This document shows positions 12,420 to 25,095 of a stretch of 64,000 nucleotides of DNA, piece after piece. This DNA comes from Strigamia acuminata (Eukaryota). How positions within the stretch are numbered: the first letter of the stretch is position 1; each line of letters begins with the position of its first letter. The stretch covers positions 28,210,001-28,274,000 of the forward strand of contig OX442314.1 of NCBI GenBank assembly GCA_949358305.1. Direction: 5' to 3'. The notes beneath the pieces are model-generated. The model was not told the DNA's origin. It made no database searches and was given only the letters and a program-made list of their open reading frames with translations. The translations under genes and the position numbers were made by a program.

Positions 12420-14905
12420 TCACATAAACAAACCAGTCCCCGTTCTTCCATTACTGTTTCTCGTAGTGGAAGCACCGGAAAACGATTCAATTCCCTTCGC
12501 CATCTTGTCTTTGGTCGTCGGTCGCGGTACTTTCGTCGGCGGGCGCACCGCCACCAATTTCCCGTTGATTTTGCGCATCACGACCGGCAGTTTGAAAGTT
12601 TCGCTGATTTTTGCCGACATCTCTACCATCATGTCGTTCGTCGACGTTTTCCGCGCCAGCGGGATCGGCGCGCTCAACTGCTTATCAGGACTCACGGCGC
12701 TCATGTTCACGATCTTAATATTAACCTTCTTCAAACGAGCGTTGGGAAACGACACGGGCGCCGCCGTCTTGAGCGGCGGCGTGTACCTCTCCTCCGGATT
12801 GATCGGCAGCTTCCCCAAATCCAGAATCCTCTCCCGAATTTGCTTCCGGATCTTCTCCGGCGTCAGCGACCCGCAATTGCGCGATTTATTCCCGTTTTTG
12901 TTGCCGCCGCCGCCGCCGCCGCTGCGAGGCTTCTCCGGCTGAATCTTCTCCGGCTTGTCGACCGACGGCCCCTTGGTCGGCTCCTCCGCAGCGCACGCAT
13001 CCACCGAGGGACTCACGACCCTCTCTCTCGGCGACGGCCACATTTTCTTATGCAAAACCACTTTCTTCAACTTTTCGAACTCGGAAAACTTTGAAAAATC
13101 GTCGTTGGCGCCTTCCTTGACCACCGCGCCGTCCTTCGTCACCAGATTCGCGCCGCCGTCTATCAGTTTGATCCTGCACGGGTTGGCGCTCGACTTGTTG
13201 CCGAACACCGCGCCCAGTCCGTAGTTGAAGTCGGGCAAACACGACATGGGGTCGGATTTGCACGAGCCCGTTCGACTCCGGAACTCTTCATTCATTTCCC
13301 CCATCTTGTTCGCCTCGACCGACGACGTGGTCACGCTGTCGTTGGTCAAGCTGGTCAAGAGCGAGCCCGACGGCACGAACGACGCGTGGTGGTGGAAAGT
13401 GGACGACGTCAACGACGGCACCGCCCGTCTCACGGACGGCGAATCGTACCCGCTCTGGCCGGTCCCCCGTCCGACCGTCGACGGGGGGTTGATGACCGGG
13501 TACGGCAACCGGTTCGGCTTCAGCAAGACCGCCGGGTCCGAGTACTGAGTGCTGCTGCCGGCTAGCGAAATGTCCACGGTGGACGACACTTGTTCCCGGG
13601 ACTCGGTCTGCGTGCAAATGCTCTGAAAGCAGTGCTTCCGGTCAAACTTGACGCACTTGGACGTGGGCACGTCGTGCGTGGGCACCGTCTGGAGGTTCGT
13701 CTCGCGCCGGAAGGTGGCGCCGTTCGGGGGCAGGTTCTTCGAGTAGTGTCCCACCTGTTTGGCCGGGTTCGAGGCGGGAGTGTTGTTGTTCTTGAACCGG
13801 GCGGCTTGGGCTCTGTGAGGGGTGTTACTGAGGAATGTGGGGACGCGGTTCTGGTCCCACCGGTTGTTCGTTTGACGGCACCGGTTGCTGAACGCCATGG
13901 GTCGACGTGACGAGTGTGGCGGTTGGTGTCGGCCGTTGACGGCTGAGGGGAGCGTGTCACTGTACGTCGAGGAGGAACCGTGGTTGGTTGAGGCGTGCTG
14001 AGGAGGTCGGGACCGGTGCGTTCGGTGGGGAAACTGAGGCGTTACGGTGGCTTGGTAGCGATTGTAGGTACTGCCCGGATTGTAGTTACTGCCCGGCTTG
14101 GGCGGAGGCTGGCTGCACTGCGGGTGGTAATGTTGTTTGTGGGCGATGTAGTGTTTGTTGTGATGCGCAGGTGACGGCTTCGCGTTGTTGCCTGTGGAGT
14201 GGAGATGTTGTTAAAACGGATCGACTGTTTACTAATGAAGCAACGGACTCCCATTGCAAGTTCACACTTGTGTTCAGGCCGTGTGGCAATGTGACTGGAT
14301 GTAGCAAACCTAAATAACGGGATTTTGGGATTTTACGGGCCAGTCATCAGTATGGTGTCAATTCTCGAGCGTTAATGGATTTATAATTAACATTATCTGA
14401 CAATCTCTGCAGTTTGAATGCGTTTCCGCCATGAGCTTCGAGAATAACATACGGGCCGTCCCGTTTATCTGATAGACCAGCGTGTATTTTCTTTTCGGCG
14501 CTGGATAGCAGATAAACAGGACGGCCGTATGTTATTCTCGAAGCTCATGGCGGAAACGCATTCAAACTGCAGAGATTGTCAGATAATGTTAATTATAAAT
14601 CCATTAACGCTCGAGAATTGACACCATACGTGCCCGATTAACATCTCAGGTATTCCGCGCATGACCATTTCGTCTGGTTCTGCTCCAAGTCTGGAGATCG
14701 TTAGCGCGACTGCATCTAAGAATTGATTTCCGGCTTTCCATGAACCATCGAATCTCATTAGTTGTAGTACCGACCATTTGATATTCATATCTTTCCGAAT
14801 GTACAGCCACGAGACGTCCAAGATCAGACCAGGTTCTCCTATACTATGTTTACATGCGTGGAGTATTTTGAGTGAGATGAAGTATTCCGTGTGCACAACT
14901 GTCAT
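12420..14905 (-). CDS. Uncharacterised protein: large GC-rich exon (open 12420 to ~14210; S/P/K-rich, likely disordered) with probable upstream exon(s) to ATG 14905
   Basis: The 492-aa ORF has strong GC3-type codon bias against an AT-rich background, and its frame stays open ~100 codons upstream of Met 13898. A promoter-motif cluster lies at ~14970-15000. Upstream splicing is not resolved. Confidence 0.6.
14353..14626. mobile_element. Near-perfect palindromic MITE (~118-bp arms, TA flanks)
   Basis: TA-TGGTGTCAATTCTCGAG...CTCGAGAATTGACACCA-TA. The arms differ at only ~2 positions around a ~40-bp spacer. Confidence 0.85.
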
Positions 14906-14969
14906 GTAAACAGGGAATAATCCCTGGCAGAAGGTTGTTTAATTCGAGTGAATTCGAACTGTTTTTATT

Positions 14970-15000
14970 GCGCATGCGCGCGTCACTTCCGGTACTTCCC
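14970..15000. promoter_or_regulatory. Promoter-like motif cluster: NRF1/Ewg palindrome (GCGCATGCGC) next to an ETS site (ACTTCCGG)
   Basis: gcgcatgcgcgcgtcacttccggt, ~65-95 bp upstream of the minus-strand ATG at 14905. Confidence 0.5.
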
Positions 15001-15404
15001 CATTGGTCGATGACCGAAAGTGATCACGAATTATTTTCTGCATGTAAACACAAATTCGATTTTCCACCACTCAAATTATTCACCACTCGAAATATTCGGT
15101 GCTTGTAATCGTAGTACTAGTTTCGTAACCGAGCGCCTTTCAACCGCAGAGGTGCGGGCAAACAAAAAGTTTTTCCGGGTGAAAGTGGTTGGGAAAGCGT
15201 TTTTTGCCCGGCATCCCGAGAAACAGAAAATCCGGAATCAAAAATCCCGGTTATAAAAAGATGATCCGGTATTGGATGTCTTATCTGTATTGCAGATAAT
15301 GCTCGCGGTTGAAGCATATATTGCCAAAAAACGTTAGAAGTGGACCACAATTCGATCCATGGGTGAAAATAAAGGAAAATTTCTTGTAGAACCCAAAATA
15401 ACTA

Positions 15405-15882
15405 AAGGGTGTCACAAAAGTAACGCAAGATTTGAATTAGCCGCCATTTATGCAGTAAATTGTTGGCAACCCTGAAATAACAAAGATTTGACAGCTGAGA
15501 GTTTAGGGTTCTTTCTGCCGAAATTGGATGATATTGATGTGGCCAATATGTGGTTTCAACAAGACCCATACAGCCCGTGAAACAATTCAATTACTTACTG
15601 CATGAGACATCACCGGTTTCGGTGATCAGAACTAGCCCCCTAGATCGTGTGATTTAACACCATTAGATTTCTTTTTATGGGGTTATTTGAAGTCAAAGGT
15701 CTATGTCAACAAGCCAACAACCACCCGTGCATTACAGAAGGAAATTAAACGCTGCACCAACGAAATTCAGCCACATTTGTGCAGTAATTGAATTGTCAAA
15801 TCGTTGTTGTTTCAGGTTTGCCAAGAATTTACTGCACAAATGGCGGCTAATTCAAATCTTGCGTTTCTTTTGGGACACCCTT
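15405..15882 (+). mobile_element. Internally deleted Tc1/mariner-superfamily element
   Basis: TA TSDs, ~55-bp TIRs (AAGGGTGTC...GACACCCTT), and transposase C-terminal remnant PPRSCDLTPLDFFLWGYLKSKVYVNKP at ~15635-15750. Confidence 0.9.
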
Positions 15883-15962
15883 TATAAGCAGACTGTCGTC
15901 AAATGATAATCTAGAGTTCCCGTCGCTTTCCTAGTTCCTGTTTTGTCATTTCTGACGTGTTC

Positions 15963-17225
15963 TCACGCATTTGGAGTCTCCAGCCATACAGAACACACGT
16001 GTGGACTACATTTAGTGGTCAATGGGAGATGAGTTGTTGCTTGTTTGGGTTCCACAAATGGCACGTCACATTTTTTGTTAATACTATCGTTCAGTTTCTG
16101 CATCACAAACTCCAATTTGGAAACACTTTCCGTCAGTAAAAGCCGTTTAATTAAATCGCATAAGTCGTAATATCTTTTAGCTACATTTATGAAGAAAAGA
16201 AGAGAAAATATTATTATTAATCTTTGCATATTTCATTGTGTCACGCACATAAACGATCTTGATATTCGAGCCACTGGTCATTGAAAGACTCTCCTTCCTC
16301 AGTTTTCGAATCAACTAAACAAAATAAATTAATGTGTCAAAGACTACAACTTGTTTCAATGCGCACTAACTTGCTCTAATTACCATATTCATTTCCATCG
16401 TCCCATAAATGTCCTGTTCCTATTACCGCGGACCCACGCTTCGTGGAAGGGACGGATGCTGGACACAAAATGCCCATTCAAAAACATGATTTATGGTACA
16501 ATACATGAAACTAAATCCATCGTACAGAGTTTGAAACGCCATTTTTATGTCTGTAAAATTATATCACTCGGTTGGGTTCCTTCGCTCCACACACGCATGC
16601 GATGAAGCGCCGTGGCAACAAAATGGCGCTGGTTGACTAGTCTAGTCAAAATGGTGGCTAAGAAATAAGCGTATGAAAATATTCAGGTTTTTCTAACCGA
16701 GTGATATAAATTTACAGATACAAAAATGGCATTTCAATATCTGTATAATGGTTTTAGTTTCAAAATGCTTTTCTAATCGCCGAAACACTTTATTTACCGA
16801 CTGTAAACGTTCGACCGATCGATTCCTGATCGAAATTAGATCCTCCAGAATTGCAAACATTCTTTCGCGTTTGATCTCTCGCATGCTGACGGTGCCAAGC
16901 TAGAAAAATCAAAACAAAAATTTTACAAAAACAATAAAGAATAATAAATTATATCCAACAATAAAACCACCATTTTTCAGTACGTCCTTCTTGCGATTCG
17001 TTTTCTTTGCTCTACCGCTGCCTAATCGGTCGTTTGTATTTCCTGCTAAATCGTTCCGAAATGTATAGAAAACTACAGAACAAAAAAGAAAGAAATTTGA
17101 GCACTCACTGATTGCGGTTTCCACATTTTTCTGTGTTTGTAATCGAATTGGCATCGGTTCAACTATGGCATGCTCCGACAACTTTTTAAGCAAATCTAAT
17201 GCAACGTGGGTTGAGTTTTTCGACA
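15963..17225 (-). CDS. Putative small multi-exon gene of unknown function
   Basis: Phase-compatible GT-AG exons at ~17225-17108, ~17045-16984 and ~16899-16798 read MSKNSTH...ETAI-TGNTND...RKKD-LGTVSMREIKRERMFAILEDLISIRNRSVERLQS. The 3' exons (16460-15963) are ambiguous. Confidence 0.35.
16505..16765. mobile_element. Small inverted-repeat element (~70-bp arms)
   Basis: gccatttttatgtctgtaaaattatatcactcggtt pairs with aaccgagtgatataaatttacagatacaaaaatggc. Confidence 0.6.
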
Positions 17226-17809
17226 TCAATTTATTGTGATACAATGCGAGTTAACCTGAAGTCTGAAGATACGGCCGAATCTTAAAAGATGATGATCTAT
17301 TAGGAACATATTTCTTGATTGATGGCGGCGTGTAAATTTGGTTAGAGCCAAATGGCCGACTGTGATCCATCATGGTCTCTGCGCGTCATAATTGCAACAA
17401 GTGTTTGCGGGTTCGAGTTATATTGTTATTATTATGATTATCTCAACTTACGATCCACCTTAAATATGAACAAGTCGTCCCAGTGAACACCCCTGCGAAA
17501 ATTGCAATATTTCTACAATTTTGGATTGAAAAATGTAAGACTGAATCACCTAAACATTGGCCGACTTAAAATTTTTTTGTTTTTCATTTAAATTGCTTAA
17601 AATTTAGACTGAACCGCCAGCCCCAAAAGAACCCGTCGAACATTTACATTCTCAGCTTGATTATCATCTTTTATTTTTCCTGTTTAATAATTCGTCATGC
17701 ACGCTCGGAGAAGAAACGCAACAATGCGTTGCGCTCTGCTCTTGTTATTGGCTTCTGTGGATTGTATACTTCAGGGATTAATTGATGCTTAATTAGGAAA
17801 ATAAATAAA

Positions 17810-18790
17810 TTAAATGCACTGTAAATCCGTAAAAATTCATTGTAAATCCATGAAAAAACATCGTAAAAACATGAATACACGATAAATCCATAAAAATACA
17901 CTGTAAATCTATGAAAATCCATTGTAAATCCATGAAAAAACATAGTAGAACCATGAATACACGACAAATCCATAAAAATCCACTGTAAATCCATGCAAAA
18001 ACATCGTAAATCCATGAATACACGATAAATCCATGAATGCACAATAAATCCATAAAAATCCATTGTAAATCCATGAAAATCCATTGTACAGTACATCCAT
18101 GAAAATCCATTCTACATCCATAAAAATCCATTGTACATCCATAAAAATCCATTGTACATCCATAAAAATCCATTGTAAATTCATGAAAATCCATTGTAAA
18201 TCCATGAAAATCCATTGTAAATCCATGAAAATCCATTGTACATCCATGAAAATCTATTGTACATCCATAAAAATCCATTGTAAATCCATGAAAATCCTTT
18301 GTAAATCCATGAAAAAGCATCGTAAAACCATGAATACACAATAAATCCATAAGAATCCATTGTAAATCCATAAAAATCCATTGTAAATCTATGAAATCCA
18401 TTGTAAATCCATGAAAAAACATCGTAAAACCATGAAAAATCATCGTAAAACCATGAATACACAATAAATCCATAAAAATACATGGTAAATCCATGAAATA
18501 CACAGTAAATCCATGAAATACACAGTAAATCCATGTAAATCTATAAAAATACACGGTAAATCCATGTAAATCTATAAAAATACACGATAAATCCATGTAA
18601 ATCTATAAAAATACACGGTAAATCCATGTAAATCTATAAAAATACACGGTAAATCCATATAAATCTATAAAAATACACGGTAAATTCATGTAAATCTATA
18701 AAAATACACGGTAAATCCATGTAAATCTATAAAAATACACGGTAAATCCATGAAATACACAGTAAATCCATGTAAATCTATAAAAACACA
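17810..18790. repeat. Minisatellite with ~20-21-bp and ~31-bp units (TAAATCCATGAAAATCCATTG family)
   Basis: About 1 kb of tandem AAATCCAT-based units. It explains all the overlapping ORFs called here. Confidence 0.95.
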
Positions 18791-19172
18791 CGGCGAATGA
18801 ATCAAATTATTCGGTGCCAGTGTCCAGAGCACCCAAATACCACATGTTTCTCTATTGTTCCGTTCTTGTGCAATTTTTGCTCATTTTTATCCATCAAACT
18901 GATAATTGTATTAATCTTCGACTTGTTTTAAAAGTATAATTCTTTAATACTACACGGAAACGTGCAGCAACAAAAAGCCTTGCTAATTCACGTTTGTGTA
19001 ATTATAATATGCACGAGTTGATGCATCATTTCCGTCTAGATATAATTGATTAATCGATTAATTATTAATTCTCAAGTCTGCGAGTTAAATAAAGTGAAAT
19101 AAATAATTTATTGACTAGGATAATCCGACTTAAATAACACGACTAGATTGTGGTAATAACAATTCGTTTGGT

Positions 19173-20981
19173 TTAGGTGTAACTAGTTTGGTAAGCGAGT
19201 TGAGGTTGACCATGTTGCCAATAGACGTCGTTCGAATTCTCTTCCGGATTGACGATCGACTGAGAATGATACAACTCAACTTGCTCGGAAGATATCATGG
19301 GGAAGTGAGATGAATAACCGAGAGGCTGAAATTTAAAACCAAATAGAAATTGTTATTATTATCGTGGCGTCAATCAGCTAAAAACAATAAATGATTTGAT
19401 GTTTATTTTATTTGTACTTGGCCTGTCCAGTATGTACTGCCGTCTAAAGACCAAGTTGTGGCGGTTGGATACATGGGATCGAAAATTGCCATGTCGGCTG
19501 GTGCTGCGAGCACATGCTGGAGGTGGGCAATGTAGCGGATCGCGAGCCTACATGGAATTAATCAATTAAATAATTGCATAAAAATTTGCGATTTTAATTT
19601 TTGCGGAATATAGAGTATTTTTTGGACCGTGTCCATCGGGCAATGATGACTGATGGGACCAGGGAGAAATTAAGGTATTGGTTTTCGGTGAAAAATGCAT
19701 TTTCAAGCAAAAAGAATGAATTTTTAAGCAAAAAAATGCATTTTTAAGCAAAAAAAATGCATTTGCAAGCCAAAACAATTATTTTCAAGCAACAAAAATG
19801 CATTTTCAAGCAAAAAAATGCATTTGCAAGCAAAAAAAAAATGCATTTTCAAGCAAAAAAATGCATTTTTAAGCAACAAAAGTGCATTTTCAAGCAAAAA
19901 AAATTCATTTTTAATCAAAAAATGCTTTCTAGATAGAAAAATGCGTGTCAATACGGCAAAAAAGGCCTATTAAGACATAATACAATGGATTTCAAGGCCA
20001 AAATCTGCATATTTTCTGCAAAAATACATGTTAAAGCAAAAAAAAGTCTGCTAAACTAAAAAACAGTTTACATTTTTAACTGCAAAAATGCATTTTCTAA
20101 GCGTTAGAACGCGTTTCATTTCAGCCAAGTGTCATCCTTTCCCACACAAAAATACCGTGCAACAATTTCGTGAACATTTTTAGATTAAAAAACTTCCAAT
20201 CATTGACAAATAAAACTAAAATGTATCAATTCCACTCCCCTCAAGTCCCCTCCGCCCCCACCCTGGCTTCATTCTACCTGAGTGATTCGATTTTGGATAA
20301 TTTCTTTCCAGGTGGTTTGCAATACGGCAACTTTTCCCTCAACAAGTCGAAAGCTCTGTTCATATCTCGCATTCTCGTCCGCTCTCTGTCGCAAGCGCTT
20401 CGGCGATAATCTTTGAACAAAGCTAACATAAGTGGCGTATAAATTGACAATTTCGACCGAATAAATCATCTCTTACCTTTTTCGGTTTTCGGCTCACTAG
20501 ACGCTTGAGTTCGGAACCAAGTTCGTGGAATATTACTCGCGGCGCTCCTCGGCGGAACCATACAGACTTGCGAACCAGATATCGGTGTTTCCAACGTTTG
20601 GTACTTGAGTTCAGTTTCGTGCTGCCATTGAGTTACTTGGCTCGATTCGAGCTTTTTCGTAAATAAATAAATACTTCTTTTTGTGTTTATTTATGTATAA
20701 AAGTGTTTGGATTTACCTGTTCCGGAGTCGTTGCGGTCAAAACGAGAAGAGTGCCGGTCGATTCGTGTTTAAATTCCAATTCTGGTTCGTTTTGCGAGGG
20801 CGACACGGTTGACGGCGGTTTGGTCGGGGAAAATAAATCTTCGGTGTCTTTCTGGTGAATAGAAATGTGTGAGTGTTGTGTTAATTGAAGTTGGAGAAGA
20901 CAAAAAAATATGCAGCCAGTTGTTTACGGGAGATATTGCGAGTTTGGTTTTTCTGCTTTTTCCATTATTTTTTTGTTCCAT
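19173..20981 (-). CDS. sage: Mesp/sage-family bHLH transcription factor (~259 aa, 6 exons)
   Basis: Exons 20981-20928, 20851-20717, 20651-20477, 20410-20278, 19547-19418 and 19325-19173 join in frame. The b[61 protein letters not shown] matches the Sage signature [13 protein letters not shown]. Confidence 0.9.
19690..19930. repeat. ~21-bp repeat (AAAAATGCATTTTCAAGCAA) in a sage intron
   Basis: About 11 tandem units. Confidence 0.85.
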
Positions 20982-21769
20982 ATTTTTCCACCTGTAGATT
21001 AGTCAAACTGTTATTCCACAAGTGTTCTTTCAAAGATGTACAGGTGTGTGTGGAATGGACCAAAAAATTGTTTGGGGGGTACGACGAGTGGCGGCCATTT
21101 TGTTGTTTCGTTTCGTTTGCTCGCAATAAATATGTTGGGAAATATTTTTTTTTGTCCTAATTAATTTTTTTTTTTTTAAATAATAATTCGCTGTTACGAA
21201 AAATTGTTTGTTTTTATTTTTTATTTCGTTTTTATTTTTATTTAATGTTGTCTAAATATTAGAAAGGATTAAGTGATTAAAGTTTGAAGTTTTGTTTGGA
21301 ATGTTTTGATAAATGGTAAAATTTGTAAAGTAATAAACCGTTGAAATAGAAAATGTGTTGTCGTGACTAAACATTTAATTAATACACCTGTTGGATGTTG
21401 AATGGATGTGTTTTGTCTGGCACGAGTCGGTTCACTATTTGGTGCAATGCTTGACTGATGATGTGTAATCAGTTGGGAGCCACCTGATGAATAACTTATG
21501 CATTAATAGTTCGTGTGTTTTTGTGTGGAGTGTTATTTGAACGTACATTATTTGTAGAGAGCTAGATTTGCACCTTTTTGGTGCATTGCTCACCTAAAAT
21601 AATCATTATTGGTTAATTTTTGTGTCTAAAAGGGCATCTTGGTTCATTTCTGCACATAAAAAGTGCATTTTGGACCGTTTTTGCACGTACAAAGTGCATT
21701 TTGATTAGTTTTGCATATACAAAATACTTTCTAATTAGTTTTGCACATTCAAAGTGCATTTTAATCCAT

Positions 21770-22170
21770 TTTTAGAAAGAAAAATTAATTTTTTTAAAAA
21801 AAAAAATTTTAGAAAGAAAAATTAATTTTTAGGAAGAAAAAATAATTTTTAGGAAGGAAAAATAATTTTTAGGAAGAAAAAATAATTTTTAAGAAGAAAA
21901 AATAATTTTTACAAAGGAAAAATAATTTTTAGGAAGGAAAAATAATTTTTAGGAAGGATAAATGATTTTTAGGAAGAAAAAATAATTTATAGGAGTAAAA
22001 AATAATTCTTAGGAGTAAAAAATAATTTTCAGGACGAAAAAATAATTTTTAGGAAAGAAAAATAATTTTTAAGAAAAAAAAATAATTTTTAGAAAGAAAA
22101 AATAATTTTTAGAAAGAAAAAATAATTTTTAGGAGTAAAAAATAATTCTTAGAAGTAAAAAATAATTTTA
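21770..22170. repeat. 20-bp minisatellite (AATAATTTTTAGGAAGAAAA)
   Basis: About 18 tandem units. Confidence 0.95.
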
Positions 22171-22533
22171 GGCCAAAAAATTATTTATTTATTTTTAAAA
22201 AAGAGTGCAATATTGAACCAAACAAAAAAAAATGAAAAATTATTCAGTAGTGCCCAATGAGCTGCAGAAGACGCAATGACCTCGTACATGTATGCTTTCT
22301 TGCTCGTCACAGCCCACACATGTTCAAAACCATTGATCTACAACTCACTAATAACCACACCAAAATATCTGCAGTGAAGCAAAGAATTTTAAAAAAAAAC
22401 ACAAAATAAAATACGTGAAACATTTTATGCGCCAAGCTCAATTCCAGCAATATTTAAATCACATTGACAAATCGCATATTTAAATCACATTGACAAATCG
22501 CATATTTACACATAGTCCTACACAATCAAAGAG

Positions 22534-23208
22534 CTACGACCACATCTCGCGACTGCCACTATACGAATATCTTCCACTCGACTGCCTCGTTCTCGACCTA
22601 CTCCTCGTCTGTAATTCCTTTTCTTCACTTCCAAACGGCCATTTACAAACGGAATTTACAAACTCTTTTTCCTTCTCTCGATCCACCCAATTAATCACAA
22701 AAGGCTTGTGTCCGGTCGAAATGACCAACGGTGAACAATCTTTCCTCGTCACTTCAAAAGGATCGTACAATTCCGGGTGAATATAGTCCACACCAACAAC
22801 ACGTTTCACGCTATTCGTATAGTCGAGGTATTTCTGATATGTACTCCGCCTGGTGTAACCCATACTCTGCATGTATTTACTCGTGATGTGCTTATGGATT
22901 GAACGTTCCAGGGGTGCAGTCACGTGGAACACCCATGCTTTCCAAGCAGCGTGCTTGCGGTGAGCCAAAATACGTTTATTCTCTGCGAGTAAGGATTCGA
23001 TTTCTTCGCGTAGTATTAAATCATTCATGGTCCATTGGGAAGCTGATTTATTAAATCGGTCCTCGCTTAAATTTCTTTCGATTGACGACGATCTTTTATT
23101 AGCTAGTCGATTATTCGGTAATTCGGTAATTTCTGTTATTTCTGTTGAATCCTCAACGTTAGGCCTCATTTTTTTGTCCGGTTTGTCGTAGAAAGACAAA
23201 GATGCCAT
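22534..23208 (-). CDS. FAM228-like protein, intronless paralogue 1 (ORF also open to 23292)
   Basis: Pattern W..HV.APL..SI....K......R..YQKYLDYTN......D...P..YDPF.....DREKEK, recognised as the FAM228A/B core. Confidence 0.7.
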   Translation of the reverse strand: MASLSFYDKPDKKMRPNVEDSTEITEITELPNNRLANKRSSSIERNLSEDRFNKSASQWTMNDLILREEIESLLAENKRILAHRKHAAWKAWVFHVTAPLERSIHKHITSKYMQSMGYTRRSTYQKYLDYTNSVKRVVGVDYIHPELYDPFEVTRKDCSPLVISTGHKPFVINWVDREKEKEFVNSVCKWPFGSEEKELQTRSRSRTRQSSGRYSYSGSREMWS

Positions 23209-23772
23209 TGTTATAACAGAAGTAAATAAACTGCGTGCTGGCCGCAGTTTATTTACTTCTGGTATGATGATAAGCGCGGGCGTGCAGCACATGCACGCTT
23301 GGTGCAGATCGGGGGAAAAATGGAAGCAGTTCCGCAGTTAATTTTTAAAATGGCTGATTTTAATTACAATATTTTGAATCAGTAAATCACTCAAATTTAA
23401 ATAGCGATGGAAATTAAATTATATCGTATCACGTTTCATTTTTCTCAATTTTTTAAATAAAATTTGCAACCGTCGCATATCTACGTTAGCTCGGTACGGG
23501 CGTACAAACCCTCTGTACGGGTGTACCGACGCTCGGTACAGTCTATTTTTTTAATTTTTTTAATTCCATCAACTGATTTTACCACAAAATAGCCAAAATT
23601 GTGCACCATTAAGCAAGTTTCAACTTTTCTTCTGCTATTTTCTGCTCATTTTGCTTCTTTTCGTGTAATAAAATTTTACAAAACTATTTCATCAAATAAT
23701 AAAAGCTGCTAAAACGATTACATCATCATTTTATTTATTTTTATTTAAAAAAAACAACAGCATACAACTCCT

Positions 23773-23897
23773 CCCTCAACAACGGACATTTTCAAAATTT
23801 CTCAACAAGAGTCGCCCATTAGACCGGACAGATATGCATGGCTCCATCTAATGTCCGCTTTTGAAGGATTCCACTCATTTTATACACAAGCATACTC
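23773..23897 (-). promoter_or_regulatory. Conserved stem-loop element just 3' of FAM228-like paralogue 2
   Basis: Homologous to 25096-25235; closing stem CGGACATT/AATGTCCG with flanking pairs. Confidence 0.5.
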
Positions 23898-23917
23898 AAG
23901 CAGAGACAAGCACACAA

Positions 23918-24544
23918 TCAGATCGCTCCGGCAGCACCCCGCAACATTCTCTTCTTGCAACATCCTCTCCTCGACGTCTTCTTCATCTTTCCTTTACTTT
24001 CATCTTTTCCAAACGGCCAAATCGAATTCGCGAACTGTTTCTCCTTTTCCCGGTCCAGCCACTCGACCACAAAATGCTCGTGCAAAGGTATCGTCACCAC
24101 ACGACGGACGGAACGATTCTTCTCGCGTACAAAAGGGTCGAACGAATCCGATTGACAGTTTATACGAGCAACATGTTTCGGGTTATTTGTAAAATCGATG
24201 TATTTCTGGTACAACTTCCGATTGGTCCTGCCCACTATCTCCATGGGCGTGTTCTTTATGTGATTACGCAGCGAATCTTCCAGCGGCAAAGCCATGCGGT
24301 AAACCCAAGCCTTGTAACGAGCTTCTTTGCAGTTTTGAACAACTCGTTTGTGCTCGGACATGATGGATTCTATTTCCCCGCGCAGTTCTGCCTCTCTGAT
24401 CATCCAATCCCTGCAGGTGTTGCGGATGAAATAGTAGGCTGCTGTCGGTGTGCTTCTGAAGCCTGCTACTTTCTGTCTTTTGGCATAACTTCCTGTTTGC
24501 CGTTCCAGAAATTCGTCCACTCCTTCATCCGATCTAAACTCCAT
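23918..24544 (-). CDS. FAM228-like protein, intronless paralogue 2
   Basis: KAWVYRMALPLEDSL...YQKYIDFTNNP...FDPF...WLDREKEKQFANSIWPFG aligns with paralogues 1 and 3. Confidence 0.7.
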   Translation of the reverse strand: MEFRSDEGVDEFLERQTGSYAKRQKVAGFRSTPTAAYYFIRNTCRDWMIREAELRGEIESIMSEHKRVVQNCKEARYKAWVYRMALPLEDSLRNHIKNTPMEIVGRTNRKLYQKYIDFTNNPKHVARINCQSDSFDPFVREKNRSVRRVVTIPLHEHFVVEWLDREKEKQFANSIWPFGKDESKGKMKKTSRRGCCKKRMLRGAAGAI

Positions 24545-25095
24545 TTTCTTTGGCAGTATGAATGCAATTAATGTGAGCTATTGCTGAGTTGTTGGCATAA
24601 CAATGCGAGAACTGTCAGGAATTGTTGAGTGTTTGACAGCACAAATTTTAATCTTATTTTTGGTTTTTTGGGTTTTTTCAATTAAAATTTTAATCAAAAT
24701 CCTTTAATTTTCACTTCTTTCGACCGAAAAACCAAAATTTTAATCAAAATCTCTTTATTTTCACCTCTTTCGACCGAAAAACCAAAACTTGGCACAAACT
24801 ATTGTCGTTTCTATTTTTTCCAGATTTTCCTATCCATTTCAACCACCAAAAACATCCAAAACAGAATCCTCGAATGCCAAAATACGGTATCAGATGCTGC
24901 GCAGTGAAGCGAAGGGGCAGCCTTTTCCAATTCCCAACAACAAAAAATTCAACACGAAACATTTATTAGCTCGAAATACAAGTTTCCACTTCAGTCTCCA
25001 GTTGAAATCGAAATCGTATATTCACATCAATATAATCCGTTTCACATTTTTTTTTTTCTTATAAAATATATTTATAAAATTAAAAAGCCACGCGT

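Noticed and set aside
12466..14317. Plus-strand and alternative-frame ORFs over the GC-rich exon
   Set aside because: They are shadows of the minus-strand coding frame in stop-poor GC-rich DNA.
17335..17425. tRNA-like boxes (TGGTTAGAGC ... GGTTCGAGT)
   Set aside because: The spacing and stems do not form a cloverleaf.
17695..18596. Several long overlapping ORFs (MDFHGFT repeats)
   Set aside because: They are products of a stop-poor minisatellite read in multiple frames.
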